Shown: positions 31,294-44,189, counted from the stretch's first letter. The stretch is 64,000 bases of DNA from Flavobacteriaceae bacterium (GCA_002862645.1 PKDQ01000026.1:66777-130776), one strand, 5' to 3'. Notes: generated by a model from the sequence alone, not told the origin. Program-made: numbers and translations.

Positions 31294-31836
31294 ATGTCAA
31301 GAATTGGTAATAATCCTATATTAGTTCCAGAAGGCGTCACAGTTGACATCCAATCTGGTGTGATTAACGTTAAAGGGAAGCTAGGCGAATTGGCACAGGC
31401 GTTCAGCGATGTTAGTATTGCCCATGAAGATGGTCAGTTGTTGGTTACACGTCCTTCGGATAGCAAACCTCACAGAGCCAAGCACGGTTTGTATCGTGCC
31501 CTTGTTGCCAACATGGTTACAGGCGTTTCTATTGGATTTACAAAAGAATTAGAATTGGTTGGTGTAGGTTATCGCGCCAGTAACCAAGGTCAAAAACTTG
31601 ACCTTGCACTTGGTTTTTCTCACAACATTTTGTTTGAAATTCCAAAAGAGGTTAAGATTGAGACCATATCTGAAAAAGGGAAAAACCCCATTATCAAACT
31701 TAGCTCACATGACAATCAGTTGGTTGGATCGGTTGCAGCAAAGATTCGCAGTTTCCGTAAACCAGAACCTTACAAAGGAAAAGGTGTGAAGTTTGTAGGA
31801 GAACAAATTAGAAGAAAAGCAGGTAAATCTGCATAA
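31294..31836 (+). CDS. rplF: 50S ribosomal protein L6
   Basis: 180 aa. MSRIGNNPI, GVGYRA, PYKGKGV. Confidence 0.97.
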   Translation: MSRIGNNPILVPEGVTVDIQSGVINVKGKLGELAQAFSDVSIAHEDGQLLVTRPSDSKPHRAKHGLYRALVANMVTGVSIGFTKELELVGVGYRASNQGQKLDLALGFSHNILFEIPKEVKIETISEKGKNPIIKLSSHDNQLVGSVAAKIRSFRKPEPYKGKGVKFVGEQIRRKAGKSA

Positions 31837-31847
31837 GCATTAGGGAT

Positions 31848-32204
31848 ATGAAAATGACAAAAACCCAACGTAGACAACGCATTCAGAATCGCTTCCGAGA
31901 TACTGTTCTTGGTACTCCTGCTATGCCTCGCATGTCTGTATTTAGAAGCAATAAAGAAATTTATGCGCAAATTGTTAATGATGAAACTGGAGTAACCCTA
32001 GCGGCTGCTTCATCTCGAGATAAAGAATTTGAAAAGCATAGTGGAACAAAAATTGAACTTGCACAAAAAGTAGGTAAGGTTATCGGTGAAAAAGCACTTG
32101 CTGCTGGTATCTCTTCCATACGTTTTGACCGCGGAGGATATTTATATCATGGACGTGTAAAGTCACTAGCTGACGGCGCAAGAGAAGCAGGACTAAAATT
32201 TTAA
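31848..32204 (+). CDS. rplR: 50S ribosomal protein L18
   Basis: 118 aa. [26 protein letters not shown]. The start could instead be the ATG at 31854. Confidence 0.95.
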   Translation: MKMTKTQRRQRIQNRFRDTVLGTPAMPRMSVFRSNKEIYAQIVNDETGVTLAAASSRDKEFEKHSGTKIELAQKVGKVIGEKALAAGISSIRFDRGGYLYHGRVKSLADGAREAGLKF

Positions 32205-32206
32205 GT

Positions 32207-32731
32207 ATGTATCAAGATTATAAAAACGTAGAATTTGTAAAACCAGGTGGACTAGATCTTAAAGATCGTTTGGTTGGTGTACAACGAGTTACAAAAGTAA
32301 CAAAGGGAGGACGGACCTTTGGCTTTTCTGCCATTGTTGTTGTCGGAGACGAAAATGGAGTTGTTGGACAAGGTTTAGGGAAATCGAAAGAAGTTGCTGA
32401 AGCCATATCCAAAGCTGTTGAAGATGCCAAAAAGAATTTGGTACGTATTCCTATCAATAAGGGTACACTTCCACACCAGCAAAAAGGGAAATACGGCGGT
32501 GCCCGTGTTTATCTTCAACCAGCCTCTGATGGTACTGGAGTTATTGCAGGTGGTGCTGTTCGTGCTGTACTTGAGGCCGTGGGAGTTCACAATGTATTGT
32601 CAAAATCTCAAGGTTCTTCAAATCCACACAACGTGGTGAAGGCTACTTTTGATGCATTATTGCAATTACGCGATGCCAACACAGTTGCAAAGCAACGTGG
32701 CATTTCACTTGATAAAGTTTTTAACGGATAA
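32207..32731 (+). CDS. rpsE: 30S ribosomal protein S5
   Basis: 174 aa. [18 protein letters not shown]. Confidence 0.97.
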   Translation: MYQDYKNVEFVKPGGLDLKDRLVGVQRVTKVTKGGRTFGFSAIVVVGDENGVVGQGLGKSKEVAEAISKAVEDAKKNLVRIPINKGTLPHQQKGKYGGARVYLQPASDGTGVIAGGAVRAVLEAVGVHNVLSKSQGSSNPHNVVKATFDALLQLRDANTVAKQRGISLDKVFNG

Positions 32732-32733
32732 AC

Positions 32734-32913
32734 ATGGCAAAGATTAAAGTTACACAAGTAAAGAGTAATATCAAGCGTCCTGAAGATCAAAAACGTACGC
32801 TTGCTGCTCTTGGTTTACATAAGATTGGTCAGGTTGTTGAACATGAAGATACAACTACTATTATGGGTATGGTTAATAAAATAAAACATTTGGTAACTGT
32901 CCAAAACGTTTAA
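32734..32913 (+). CDS. rpmD: 50S ribosomal protein L30 (not in ORF track; 59 aa)
   Basis: Hand translation gives MAKIKVTQVKSNIKRPEDQKRTLAALGLHKIGQVVEHEDTTTIMGMVNKIKHLVTVQNV. It fills the rpsE-rplO gap exactly. Confidence 0.9.
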   Translation: MAKIKVTQVKSNIKRPEDQKRTLAALGLHKIGQVVEHEDTTTIMGMVNKIKHLVTVQNV

Positions 32914-32914
32914 T

Positions 32915-33367
32915 ATGGAATTAGGAAATTTAAAGCCTGCTAAAGGCTCGGTGAAAGGCGTAAGTAAACGTTTAGGTAGGGGGCAGGGTTCTGGTAACGG
33001 TGGTACTGCTTCACGTGGTCATAAAGGAGCCAAATCTCGCTCTGGTTATTCCAAGAAGATTGGTTTTGAAGGTGGACAAATGCCACTACAACGTCGTGTG
33101 CCTAAGTTTGGTTTTACCAACATCAACAGAAAAGAATATGCAGGTATCAATCTTGATAAACTTCAAGAATTAGCCGATGCTAAAAAAATCAAAACTAAAG
33201 TTGACCAAGAAGCAATGATACAATTGCGATTGGTAGGCAAAAATGACTTGATTAAAATTTTAGGACGTGGTACTTTATCTGCAAAGCTCAAGGTGAGTGC
33301 TCACAAATTTACTGCAACTGCAAAAGCCGCTATAGAAGCAGCTGGAGGAGAAGCCATTACGATTTAA
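32915..33367 (+). CDS. rplO: 50S ribosomal protein L15
   Basis: 150 aa. GRGQGSGNGGTASRGHKG. Confidence 0.97.
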   Translation: MELGNLKPAKGSVKGVSKRLGRGQGSGNGGTASRGHKGAKSRSGYSKKIGFEGGQMPLQRRVPKFGFTNINRKEYAGINLDKLQELADAKKIKTKVDQEAMIQLRLVGKNDLIKILGRGTLSAKLKVSAHKFTATAKAAIEAAGGEAITI

Positions 33368-33371
33368 GCAA

Positions 33372-34730
33372 ATGAAAAGATTAATAGAGGTCTTAGCGAA
33401 TATTTGGAAAATAGAGGAACTCAAGAACCGCATCTTGGTGACCCTTGGATTTCTTGTTGTTTACCGTATTGGCGCACAGGTAGTTTTACCTGGAATTGAC
33501 CCTGTTCAACTTTCTCAACTAACAAGCAAAACCAGCGGCGGTGGACTACTTGGCGTGTTAAACATGTTTACGGGTGGTGCATTTGCAAATGCGTCTGTTT
33601 TTGCCTTGGGTATTATGCCCTATATCTCTGCTTCTATTGTAGTACAGCTTATGGGAATTGCTGTTCCTTATTTACAGAAACTTCAAAAAGAAGGGGAAAG
33701 TGGTCGTCGTAGAATCAACCAAATTACACGATGGTTAACAATTGGTATTTGTGTATTCCAAGCGCCTGCTTATTTGTATTCTTTAGGCGCACTTGGTGTT
33801 CCTGAGTCTGCTTTTGTGCTAGGAAAAGGTCTTGGTTTTATGGTTCCTTCTGTTATTATACTTGTTACCGGAACCATCTTTGCGATGTGGCTTGGTGAAA
33901 AGATAACCGACAAGGGGATTGGAAACGGTATATCACTTCTTATTACTGTTGGTATTGTAGCAACGTTACCCATGTCTTTTGCCCAAGAATTTATCTCAAG
34001 AGTTACTGAGAACAACGGAGGTCCTATTGTTATTGTAATCGAACTTATGGTGTGGATCGCAATAAATGCCATCTGTATCTTATTGGTAATGGCGGTGCGT
34101 CAGATACCTGTTCAATATGCACGTAGAACTGCCTCTGGTGGAATTGACAAAAATCAAATTGGAGCACGTCAGTATATCCCTCTCAAGCTAAACGCTTCAG
34201 GTGTAATGCCTATTATATTTGCACAAGCATTGATGTTTGTTCCCTCCTCTATGGGAAGTCTTTTGGGCTCTGACAGCGGCTTTGGGCAATGGTTACAAGC
34301 TTCTTTTTCTGACATATTTGGACTTTGGTATAACATTTTGTTTGCTGTCCTAATTATTGTTTTCACCTATTTTTATACAGCTATTACGGTTCCGACCAAC
34401 AAGATGGCCGATGACTTAAAGCGAAGTGGTGGTTTTGTTCCTGGTGTTCGTCCAGGTACCGAAACAGCAGACTTCCTAGACCGTATTATGTCGCAAATTA
34501 CCTTCCCGGGCTCGCTGTTTTTAGCAGCGGTTGCCGTGTTACCTGCGGTGGTATTCCACTTATTTGGTATGCAACAAGGATGGGCGTTGTTCTATGGCGG
34601 AACTTCCCTTCTTATTATGGTAGGTGTAGCGATTGATACCATTCAGCAAATCAATGCGTATTTGTTGAACCGTCATTATGATGGGTTGATGAAAACAGGT
34701 AGCAAACGAAATAAAACAGCAGGAAACTAA
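33372..34730 (+). CDS. secY: preprotein translocase subunit SecY
   Basis: 452 aa, about 10 [16 protein letters not shown]. Confidence 0.97.
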   Translation: MKRLIEVLANIWKIEELKNRILVTLGFLVVYRIGAQVVLPGIDPVQLSQLTSKTSGGGLLGVLNMFTGGAFANASVFALGIMPYISASIVVQLMGIAVPYLQKLQKEGESGRRRINQITRWLTIGICVFQAPAYLYSLGALGVPESAFVLGKGLGFMVPSVIILVTGTIFAMWLGEKITDKGIGNGISLLITVGIVATLPMSFAQEFISRVTENNGGPIVIVIELMVWIAINAICILLVMAVRQIPVQYARRTASGGIDKNQIGARQYIPLKLNASGVMPIIFAQALMFVPSSMGSLLGSDSGFGQWLQASFSDIFGLWYNILFAVLIIVFTYFYTAITVPTNKMADDLKRSGGFVPGVRPGTETADFLDRIMSQITFPGSLFLAAVAVLPAVVFHLFGMQQGWALFYGGTSLLIMVGVAIDTIQQINAYLLNRHYDGLMKTGSKRNKTAGN

Positions 34731-34945
34731 TGGCAAAGCAAGCAGCTATAGAACAAGATGGCCAAATCATTGAGGCACTTTCCAATGCGATGTTTCGCGT
34801 AGAGTTGGAAAATGGCCACGTGGTTACGGCACATATCTCTGGGAAGATGCGCATGTACTATATTAAGCTCCTTCCTGGTGATAAAGTAAAGTTGGAGATG
34901 TCCCCTTATGATTTAACAAAGGCACGCATCACATTTAGATATTAA
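34730..34945 (+). CDS. infA: translation initiation factor IF-1
   Basis: 71 aa S1-like. [24 protein letters not shown] overlaps the secY stop (TAATG). Confidence 0.97.
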   Translation: MAKQAAIEQDGQIIEALSNAMFRVELENGHVVTAHISGKMRMYYIKLLPGDKVKLEMSPYDLTKARITFRY

Positions 34946-34948
34946 GAT

Positions 34949-35065
34949 ATGAAAGTTAGAGCATCACTTAAAAAAAGAAGCGCCGACTGCAAGATTGTAC
35001 GTCGCAAGGGACGCTTATACGTAATTAACAAAAAGAACCCTAGGTTTAAACAAAGACAAGGATAA
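34949..35065 (+). CDS. rpmJ: 50S ribosomal protein L36 (not in ORF track; 38 aa)
   Basis: Hand translation gives [38 protein letters not shown]. It has a single Cys, i.e. the non-zinc-ribbon form. Confidence 0.92.
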   Translation: MKVRASLKKRSADCKIVRRKGRLYVINKKNPRFKQRQG

Positions 35066-35067
35066 TT

Positions 35068-35442
35068 ATGGCTAGAATTTCTGGAGTAGATATTCCCAAA
35101 CAAAAAAGAGGCGTCATTTCGCTAACCTATATATATGGGGTTGGCCGCAGCCGTGCTAAAGCAATTTTAGCTACTGCTGCCGTCGACGAAAGCAAAAAAG
35201 TACATGAATGGAATGACGACGAAATTGGTCGTATCCGTGATGCTGTTGCTTCATTTACAATCGAAGGTGAACTTCGTTCTGAAACCCAATTGAACATCAA
35301 GCGATTGATGGACATCGGTTCTTTCAGAGGTATTCGTCACCGTGTTGGTTTACCACTTCGTGGTCAACGCACCAAGAATAACTCAAGAACACGTAAAGGA
35401 AAACGCAAAACAGTTGCTAACAAAAAGAAAGTAACTAAATAA
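35068..35442 (+). CDS. rpsM: 30S ribosomal protein S13
   Basis: 124 aa. [22 protein letters not shown]. Confidence 0.97.
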   Translation: MARISGVDIPKQKRGVISLTYIYGVGRSRAKAILATAAVDESKKVHEWNDDEIGRIRDAVASFTIEGELRSETQLNIKRLMDIGSFRGIRHRVGLPLRGQRTKNNSRTRKGKRKTVANKKKVTK

Positions 35443-35454
35443 AGTAGTTGACAG

Positions 35455-35838
35455 ATGGCAAAATCAAGTTCAAAAAAGCGTAAAGTTGTGGTGGAAGCCC
35501 TTGGCGAAGCCCACATTAACGCATCGTTTAATAATATCATTGTATCCCTAACCAACAATAAAGGTGAGGTCATTTCATGGTCTTCTGCAGGTAAGATGGG
35601 CTTTAGAGGCTCAAAGAAAAACACGCCTTATGCTGCACAACTTGCAGCCGAAGACGCTGCAAAAGTAGCTCAAGAAGCAGGCCTTAGAAAGGTAAAAGTT
35701 TTTGTAAAGGGACCAGGTAACGGACGCGAGTCAGCGATCAGAACCCTTCACAATGGTGGCATTGAAGTCACCGAAATAGTTGACGTGACGCCTATGCCGC
35801 ACAACGGTTGTCGTCCACCAAAAAGACGTAGAGTTTAA
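35455..35838 (+). CDS. rpsK: 30S ribosomal protein S11
   Basis: 127 aa. [23 protein letters not shown]. Confidence 0.97.
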   Translation: MAKSSSKKRKVVVEALGEAHINASFNNIIVSLTNNKGEVISWSSAGKMGFRGSKKNTPYAAQLAAEDAAKVAQEAGLRKVKVFVKGPGNGRESAIRTLHNGGIEVTEIVDVTPMPHNGCRPPKRRRV

Positions 35839-35893
35839 TACTAACCTCGCTGGCGAAGGATTGACCTTAATTCCCAGCACTTAATTTTATAAT

Positions 35894-36499
35894 ATGGCAA
35901 GATATACTGGTCCAAAGACAAAAATCGCCCGTAAGTTTGGCGAAGCTATATTCGGCGAAGACAAGTCGTTTGAAAAGCGTAATTACCCTCCTGGACAACA
36001 CGGAAATAACCGTCGTAGACCCAAAAAATCGGAATATGCAATCCAGTTAATGGAAAAGCAAAAAGCGAAATTTACCTATGGTATTTTAGAGCGTCAGTTC
36101 CGCAATCTTTTTCTTAAAGCTAATGCTAGTAAGGATGTAACAGGTGAAGTACTACTTCAACTCTGTGAATCTCGACTAGACAACTTGGTATACCGCTTAG
36201 GCATTGCACCAACTAGAAGCGCTGCTCGCCAACTTGTGGGGCATCGTCACATTACTTTAAACGGAGAAATCATGAACATTCCTTCATGCCAAGTTAAGGT
36301 TGGTGATGTCATTGGTGTTCGTGAAAAATCTAAATCGCTTGAAGTAATCGAGCGTTCACTATCTGTTGCTAGCCACGATTTAGAGTGGTTGACTTGGAAT
36401 GATGCAACACTTGAAGGCACACTGGTTTCCGTTCCTACCCGTGAGCAAATCACAGAAAATATAAAGGAGCAACTAATTGTCGAATTGTATTCAAAATAA
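35894..36499 (+). CDS. rpsD: 30S ribosomal protein S4
   Basis: 201 aa. [16 protein letters not shown], plus an S4 RNA-binding domain. Confidence 0.97.
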   Translation: MARYTGPKTKIARKFGEAIFGEDKSFEKRNYPPGQHGNNRRRPKKSEYAIQLMEKQKAKFTYGILERQFRNLFLKANASKDVTGEVLLQLCESRLDNLVYRLGIAPTRSAARQLVGHRHITLNGEIMNIPSCQVKVGDVIGVREKSKSLEVIERSLSVASHDLEWLTWNDATLEGTLVSVPTREQITENIKEQLIVELYSK

Positions 36500-36503
36500 T
36501 CCT

Positions 36504-37496
36504 ATGGCACTATTTAATTTTCAGAAACCAGATAAGGTAATCATGATTGATTCAGACGAATTCGAAGGTAAATTCGAATTTCGTCCATTAGAGCCTGGGT
36601 ATGGGCTAACGGTTGGAAACGCGCTGCGTCGTGTGATGCTTGCATCGCTTGAAGGTTTTGCGATTACTTCCGTACGAATCGACAAGGTTGACCACGAATT
36701 TTCTACACTCCCTGGAGTTGTGGAAGATGTTACAGAAATGATTTTGAACCTCAAACAGGTTCGTTTTAAACAACAAATCGAGTCTGTTGATAGCGAATCC
36801 GTTAGTGTGGCTGTTTCAGGACAAAAACAACTTACAGCTGGTGATTTACAGAAGTTTATCTCTGGTTTTCAAGTGTTGAACCCAGAATTGGTTATTTGTA
36901 ATATGGACGATAGTGTTCAGCTAAACTTTGAGTTTACCATTGAAAAAGGACGTGGTTACGTTCCTGCAGAGGAAAACAAAAAGGCAACTGCGCCTATCGG
37001 AACCATTGCTATTGATTCGATTTACACACCAATCAAAAACGTGAAATACACGATTGAAAATTTCCGTGTAGAGCAAAAAACAGATTACGAAAAGCTGATT
37101 TTTGAAATCATAACAGACGGTTCTATTCATCCAAAAGATGCGTTAACCGAAGCAGCAAAAACATTGATTCACCACTTTATGTTGTTCTCTGACGAACGCA
37201 TAACACTTGAAGCTGATGAAATTGCTGAAACAGAAACCTATGATGAAGAATCACTTCATATGCGTCAATTGCTAAAGACAAAACTTATTGATATGGATTT
37301 ATCTGTACGTGCGCTTAACTGTCTTAAAGCAGCTGAAGTTGATACACTAGGTGACTTGGTATCCTTCAATAAAAGTGACTTGATGAAGTTTAGAAACTTC
37401 GGAAAAAAATCACTTACGGAGCTTGAGGAATTGGTAATTGCCAAAGGTCTTAACTTCGGTATGGATTTGGCTAAATACAAACTGGATAAAGACTAA
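36504..37496 (+). CDS. rpoA: DNA-directed RNA polymerase alpha subunit
   Basis: ATG at 36504 ([12 protein letters not shown]), after the rpsD stop. [15 protein letters not shown]-terminal domain [10 protein letters not shown]. Confidence 0.97.
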   Translation: MALFNFQKPDKVIMIDSDEFEGKFEFRPLEPGYGLTVGNALRRVMLASLEGFAITSVRIDKVDHEFSTLPGVVEDVTEMILNLKQVRFKQQIESVDSESVSVAVSGQKQLTAGDLQKFISGFQVLNPELVICNMDDSVQLNFEFTIEKGRGYVPAEENKKATAPIGTIAIDSIYTPIKNVKYTIENFRVEQKTDYEKLIFEIITDGSIHPKDALTEAAKTLIHHFMLFSDERITLEADEIAETETYDEESLHMRQLLKTKLIDMDLSVRALNCLKAAEVDTLGDLVSFNKSDLMKFRNFGKKSLTELEELVIAKGLNFGMDLAKYKLDKD

Positions 37497-37516
37497 GGTC
37501 GCAATAGCTACTTATC

Positions 37517-38065
37517 ATGAGACACGGAAAGAAAGTTGCCCACTTAGGGCGTACAAATACCCACAGAAAAGCGATGCTAGCCAATATGGCATCTTCGTTA
37601 ATTGAACACAAACGTATCAATACGACAGTAGCCAAGGCTAAGGCCTTGAAACAGTTTGTTGAGCCGCTTGTTACGCGTTCAAAAGAAGACACAACACATA
37701 ACCGTCGTATTGTTTTTAGAGCCTTGCGTAATAAGTATGCAGTAACCGAATTGTTTCGTATTGTTTCTGAGAAAGTTGGTAATCGCCCAGGAGGGTACAC
37801 ACGTATAATCAAACTTGGAAACAGGCTAGGGGACAACGCTGATATGGCATTAATCGAATTGGTAGACTTCAATGAAGTTTATGAAACCGATAAGCCAAAG
37901 AAGAAAAAATCCAGACGTAGAGTTGCTAAAAAAGCAGCTCCTGCTGAAGTAACAGTAGAAGAAGTTACTGAAGAAGCGCCTATAGCAGACGAAGCTTCTG
38001 CTGAAGTAGCCGCAGAAGCAGCTGATGAATCAGCATCTTCAGAAGAAGAAAACAAGGCAGAATAA
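37517..38065 (+). CDS. rplQ: 50S ribosomal protein L17 with long acidic/Ala-rich C-terminal tail
   Basis: 182 aa. [23 protein letters not shown]. About the last 60 aa form a low-complexity K-rich then E/A-rich tail. Confidence 0.95.
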   Translation: MRHGKKVAHLGRTNTHRKAMLANMASSLIEHKRINTTVAKAKALKQFVEPLVTRSKEDTTHNRRIVFRALRNKYAVTELFRIVSEKVGNRPGGYTRIIKLGNRLGDNADMALIELVDFNEVYETDKPKKKKSRRRVAKKAAPAEVTVEEVTEEAPIADEASAEVAAEAADESASSEEENKAE

Positions 38066-38090
38066 GTTTTTAATAGCCTTTTAATAAATC

Positions 38091-38123
38091 AAAGGATAAA
38101 CCAGTGGGTTTATCCTTTTTTTT
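38091..38123 (+). terminator. rho-independent terminator ending the ribosomal supercluster
   Basis: AAAGGATAAACC-AGTG-GGTTTATCCTTT, a perfect 12-bp stem running into an 8-T tract. Confidence 0.85.
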
Positions 38124-38155
38124 GTGTTAATTTTACAGAAATACTTTAAACCAAA

Positions 38156-40566
<2,411 letters not shown>

Positions 40567-40587
40567 TTATATTATCGAAATTAAAAA

Positions 40588-41871
40588 ATGGTAAAATTTG
40601 CAAAATTATCCTACGATGGTAAGTCGGTTGAATTCCCTTTGGTTGAAGGAACTGAAGACGAACTTGCAATCGACATCAAGTCCCTGCGTGCTGCAACAAA
40701 CCTGATAACTCTTGACCCAGGTTTTAAGAATACAGGTTCTTGCCAAAGCGCCATTACTTTTTTGGATGGAGAAAAAGGGGTGCTTCGCTATCGTGGATAT
40801 GACATTGAAGATTTGGCAAAAAATGCTGATTTTTTAGAAGTTGCCTTTTTATTGATTTTCGGTGAGCTTCCCACCTCAGAACAGCTTGATAAATTTTTAG
40901 TAGACATAAAAGAAGAGTCCTATATTGATGAGGACTTAAAGAAGATTCTTGAAAGCTTTCCAAGTGCTGCACACCCAATGGGCGTGTTGTCTTCGCTTAC
41001 AAGTGCACTAACAGCATTTAACCCCAAAACCTTTGATGTTGAAAGCGAAGATGAAATGTACAGAGCTATTGTCCGTATTATGGGCAAGCTTCCTGTTTTG
41101 GTAGCTTGGGTATTTAGAAAAAAATCAGGTCTTCCGCTCAAATATGGCGATTATGCCCTAGGCTATGTGGAGAATATCGCACGCATGATGTTCCGCAAAC
41201 CCAACAAAGAATACGTTGCCAATCCAATTATAGACCAAGCGCTAAATAAGCTTTTGATATTGCACGCAGAGCACGAACAAAATTGTTCTACCTCAACGGT
41301 ACGTATTGTTGGATCGTCACATGCAGGCCTTTTTGCATCTGTAGCTGCTGGTATATCAGCCCTTTGGGGTCCATTACACGGAGGTGCAAACCAAGCTGTT
41401 GTTGAAATGCTTGAAGACATACGTAAAGACGGGGGAGATATTGATAAATACATGATTAAGGCCAAAGATAAAAGTGATCCTTTCCGATTGATGGGCTTTG
41501 GACACAGGGTATATAAAAACTTTGACCCACGGGCACGTATCATTAAGAAAGCCGCCAATGAAGTGCTTGAAAACCTTGGTATAGTTGATCCTGTATTGGA
41601 AATTGCTAAAAAATTAGAACAAGCCGCGTTAAATGATCCTTACTTTGCAGATCGTAAACTTTACCCTAATGTTGATTTTTACTCTGGCATTATTTATAGA
41701 GCTATGGGAATTTCTACGGAAACCTTTACGGTTATGTTTGCACTTGGCCGTTTGCCCGGTTGGATCGCCCAATGGCGTGAAATGCGATTAAATAAAGAAC
41801 CTATTGGTCGCCCAAGACAGATATATGTAGGGCAGAACCAAAGACCATTTGTGCCATTGAATAAACGATAA
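40588..41871 (+). CDS. gltA: citrate synthase (type II)
   Basis: 427 aa. HAEHEQNCSTS, GFGHRVYKNFDPRA. Confidence 0.97.
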   Translation: MVKFAKLSYDGKSVEFPLVEGTEDELAIDIKSLRAATNLITLDPGFKNTGSCQSAITFLDGEKGVLRYRGYDIEDLAKNADFLEVAFLLIFGELPTSEQLDKFLVDIKEESYIDEDLKKILESFPSAAHPMGVLSSLTSALTAFNPKTFDVESEDEMYRAIVRIMGKLPVLVAWVFRKKSGLPLKYGDYALGYVENIARMMFRKPNKEYVANPIIDQALNKLLILHAEHEQNCSTSTVRIVGSSHAGLFASVAAGISALWGPLHGGANQAVVEMLEDIRKDGGDIDKYMIKAKDKSDPFRLMGFGHRVYKNFDPRARIIKKAANEVLENLGIVDPVLEIAKKLEQAALNDPYFADRKLYPNVDFYSGIIYRAMGISTETFTVMFALGRLPGWIAQWREMRLNKEPIGRPRQIYVGQNQRPFVPLNKR

Positions 41872-41924
41872 GTCATGGGATAAAACTCTGTATACATTCA
41901 GAGACGCAAACGCTTACCCACGTA

Positions 41925-42794
41925 TTGTTGGGTACAGCAGCTGCTATGGGCGCTCCGCCCAATATCCAAGATTTATACGATCCCATTTCCAAAAAGCACA
42001 TACTCGCTGGAACGTTTCCTAAAAAAGCAGCTTTACAGCGTGCCTTAAGTGACCTTGAACAGGTTTTTTTGCGCTATGGTATAACTGTTCTTCGTCCTGA
42101 CAATGTCGTGGATTGCAATCAAATATTCGCTCGCGATTTGGGTTTTGTGGTAGACGATATTTTTGTACGTGCCAACATCATCCCACATCGTGAAAAAGAA
42201 TTGGCAGGGTTAACTTCATTATTGGCACAAATTCCAAGTTCTCAGCAATTGGTTTTTTCAAATGAAGTGCACGTTGAAGGCGGTGATATCATAGTTCACA
42301 ACGAATATATTTATGTTGGTATCTCAACCCGTCCAGATTACGCAAAATTACTTACAGCAAGAACAAATAAGGCCGCTGTTGCCGCTTTGCAACAGGCTTT
42401 TCCCAAAAAAAAAGTTAAGGCTTTTGAGCTTAATAAATCAAATACGATTCAACACAAAAATGCACTGCACTTGGATTGTTGTTTTCAGCCAGTGGGAAAA
42501 AGTTTTGCCTTGACTTGCCCTGAAGGCTTTGCTGATATGGATGCCTACAATTGGTTGGTCGCCCATTTTGGTGATGCTAACATATTTGAAGTATCAGCCC
42601 TAGAGATGAGTCAGATGATGTGTAATGTGGTATCGATCAGTCCAACCGTAGTGGTGTCAAACACCTCCTTTGTTCGATTAAATACTTGGCTACGCCAACA
42701 CGGCATTACAGTAGAAGAAGTTGATTTTGATGAAATTGGAAAACAAGGTGGTTTGTTTCGCTGCGTTACCCTGCCCTTATCCCGTACTCCATGA
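41925..42794 (+). CDS. amidinotransferase-fold enzyme (DDAH / arginine-deiminase-like); 5' end unresolved
   Basis: 289 aa counted from the TTG. C-terminal GGLFRCVTLP carries the catalytic Cys of the guanidino-modifying superfamily. The frame is open back to 41865 and there encodes a plausible N-terminal strand, but the only ATG (41875) is out of frame (see findings). Confidence 0.65.
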   Translation: MLGTAAAMGAPPNIQDLYDPISKKHILAGTFPKKAALQRALSDLEQVFLRYGITVLRPDNVVDCNQIFARDLGFVVDDIFVRANIIPHREKELAGLTSLLAQIPSSQQLVFSNEVHVEGGDIIVHNEYIYVGISTRPDYAKLLTARTNKAAVAALQQAFPKKKVKAFELNKSNTIQHKNALHLDCCFQPVGKSFALTCPEGFADMDAYNWLVAHFGDANIFEVSALEMSQMMCNVVSISPTVVVSNTSFVRLNTWLRQHGITVEEVDFDEIGKQGGLFRCVTLPLSRTP

Positions 42795-43708
42795 AACCTA
42801 CCAATCACGTCTTGATGGTACGCCCGGCCAGCTTTCGTGCTAATGAGCAAACCGCTGCAAATAATTACTATCAAAAGCATACCTCCCTGTCTGATGATGC
42901 ATCGCTCATGCAGGCCCAGTCAGAATTCGATTCCCTAGTATCTTGTTTACGGGCTAATAATATAAATGTTACCATTGTTCAAGATACGGCTACGTCCGAC
43001 ACGCCTGATGCCCTTTTTCCAAACAACTGGTTTGCACTTTTGGGTAACGGTCAATTGGTTTTATTCCCCATGTTTCCCAAAAACCGAAGAGTTGAACGTT
43101 CTGATCGCATATTCAATGCACTTAGCAAAGATGGATATGAAATAAACAATACGGTTGATTATTCTGCCTATGAACAGAAACATCAGTTTTTGGAAGGCAC
43201 AGGAAGTATGGTCCTTGATCATCAAAACAGCATTGCATATGCCGCACTTTCGCCACGTACCGATGCTGAATTGTTTCATCTTTTTTGCAAAAAATTTGAT
43301 TTTAACCCCATAGCTTTTAATGCCTTTCAAACGGTTGGAGAAGAGCGTTTACCTATATACCACACCAACGTTATGATGGTGTTAGCTCCCCGTTTTGCTC
43401 TTGTTTGCTTGGATGCTGTTGATGACCCTGTCGAGCGGGCCTTGCTAAAAGACCGTCTTACCTTTTCTGGAAAAGAAGTTGTTGCGCTTACAGAGAAACA
43501 AATTTCCCAATTTGCAGGCAATATGTTAGCACTTGCAGCAGCAGGCGGTAAGATGCTTTTGGTGATTAGTACGCGCGCTTATGAGGCGCTTGGATCCCAG
43601 CAAATTGCACAGTTGCAGCAGTATGTTAAGCTTGTCCATAGCCCTATCCCGACCATCGAAGATTTGGGAGGCGGTAGTGTTCGTTGTATGCTGGCAGAAG
43701 TATACTAA
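42791..43708 (+). CDS. arginine-deiminase-related / CtlX-like (citrulline-utilisation hydrolase type) amidinotransferase-fold enzyme
   Basis: 305 aa. N-terminus VLMVRPASFRANEQTAANNYYQ, C-terminus GGGSVRCMLAEVY (catalytic Cys). ATGA overlap with the upstream gene. Confidence 0.65.
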   Translation: MKPTNHVLMVRPASFRANEQTAANNYYQKHTSLSDDASLMQAQSEFDSLVSCLRANNINVTIVQDTATSDTPDALFPNNWFALLGNGQLVLFPMFPKNRRVERSDRIFNALSKDGYEINNTVDYSAYEQKHQFLEGTGSMVLDHQNSIAYAALSPRTDAELFHLFCKKFDFNPIAFNAFQTVGEERLPIYHTNVMMVLAPRFALVCLDAVDDPVERALLKDRLTFSGKEVVALTEKQISQFAGNMLALAAAGGKMLLVISTRAYEALGSQQIAQLQQYVKLVHSPIPTIEDLGGGSVRCMLAEVY

Positions 43709-44121
43709 AGGTAGTCTCCTGAAATACTGGCTTTTTGCTGCTGAATCTTTTTGAAAAATTCTCGTACACTTTTAGATTTTGATGAGATGCTAACCTTGTG
43801 ATGCTCCATGTGAATGCTGTAGGCCTCTCCAGAACCTTTAAACAGGGTGAGTTTATAATAGGGAATAATCAAGCCGTAAGTTTCAAGTAGAGACCTAAAG
43901 CGAAGAATGATGCCGTTTGGACGGAGTTCAATATTACAGGTATTGTCATTGTGATCCAGAACAAACAAGGAGTCAATTTCTTTACTACTGGAAACCACAT
44001 GCAGTTTGGGCGAACCCACACCACCTAATTTAAGTCTATTTATTAGCGTAAAGGGTTTGCCAACCAGCGTATCTATGGATTCGCGCTGGGTTTTGTTATT
44101 ATACGATACATTTACTAGCAT
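43705..44121 (-). CDS. hypothetical protein
   Basis: 138 aa with no motif I recognise. The only support for expression is the -7 box placed 4 nt upstream of its ATG. Its stop overlaps the convergent upstream gene by 4 nt. Confidence 0.4.
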   Translation of the reverse strand: MLVNVSYNNKTQRESIDTLVGKPFTLINRLKLGGVGSPKLHVVSSSKEIDSLFVLDHNDNTCNIELRPNGIILRFRSLLETYGLIIPYYKLTLFKGSGEAYSIHMEHHKVSISSKSKSVREFFKKIQQQKASISGDYL

Positions 44122-44125
44122 ATTA

Positions 44126-44133
44126 CAAAGATA
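44126..44133 (-). promoter_or_regulatory. candidate -7 box TATCTTTG, 4 nt upstream of the ATG at 44121
   Basis: Plus strand CAAAGATA is the reverse complement of TAnnTTTG. TAAT then ATG follow on the minus strand. Confidence 0.35.
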
Positions 44134-44165
44134 GGATAAATGCGTTGCAACCTGTTGGAATCCCT

Positions 44166-44173
44166 TATCTTTG
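44166..44173 (+). promoter_or_regulatory. candidate -7 box TATCTTTG for argS
   Basis: Matches TAnnTTTG, 16 nt upstream of the argS ATG. Weak -33-like GTTG about 18 nt upstream. Confidence 0.35.
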
Positions 44174-44189
44174 CATATGATATACGTAT

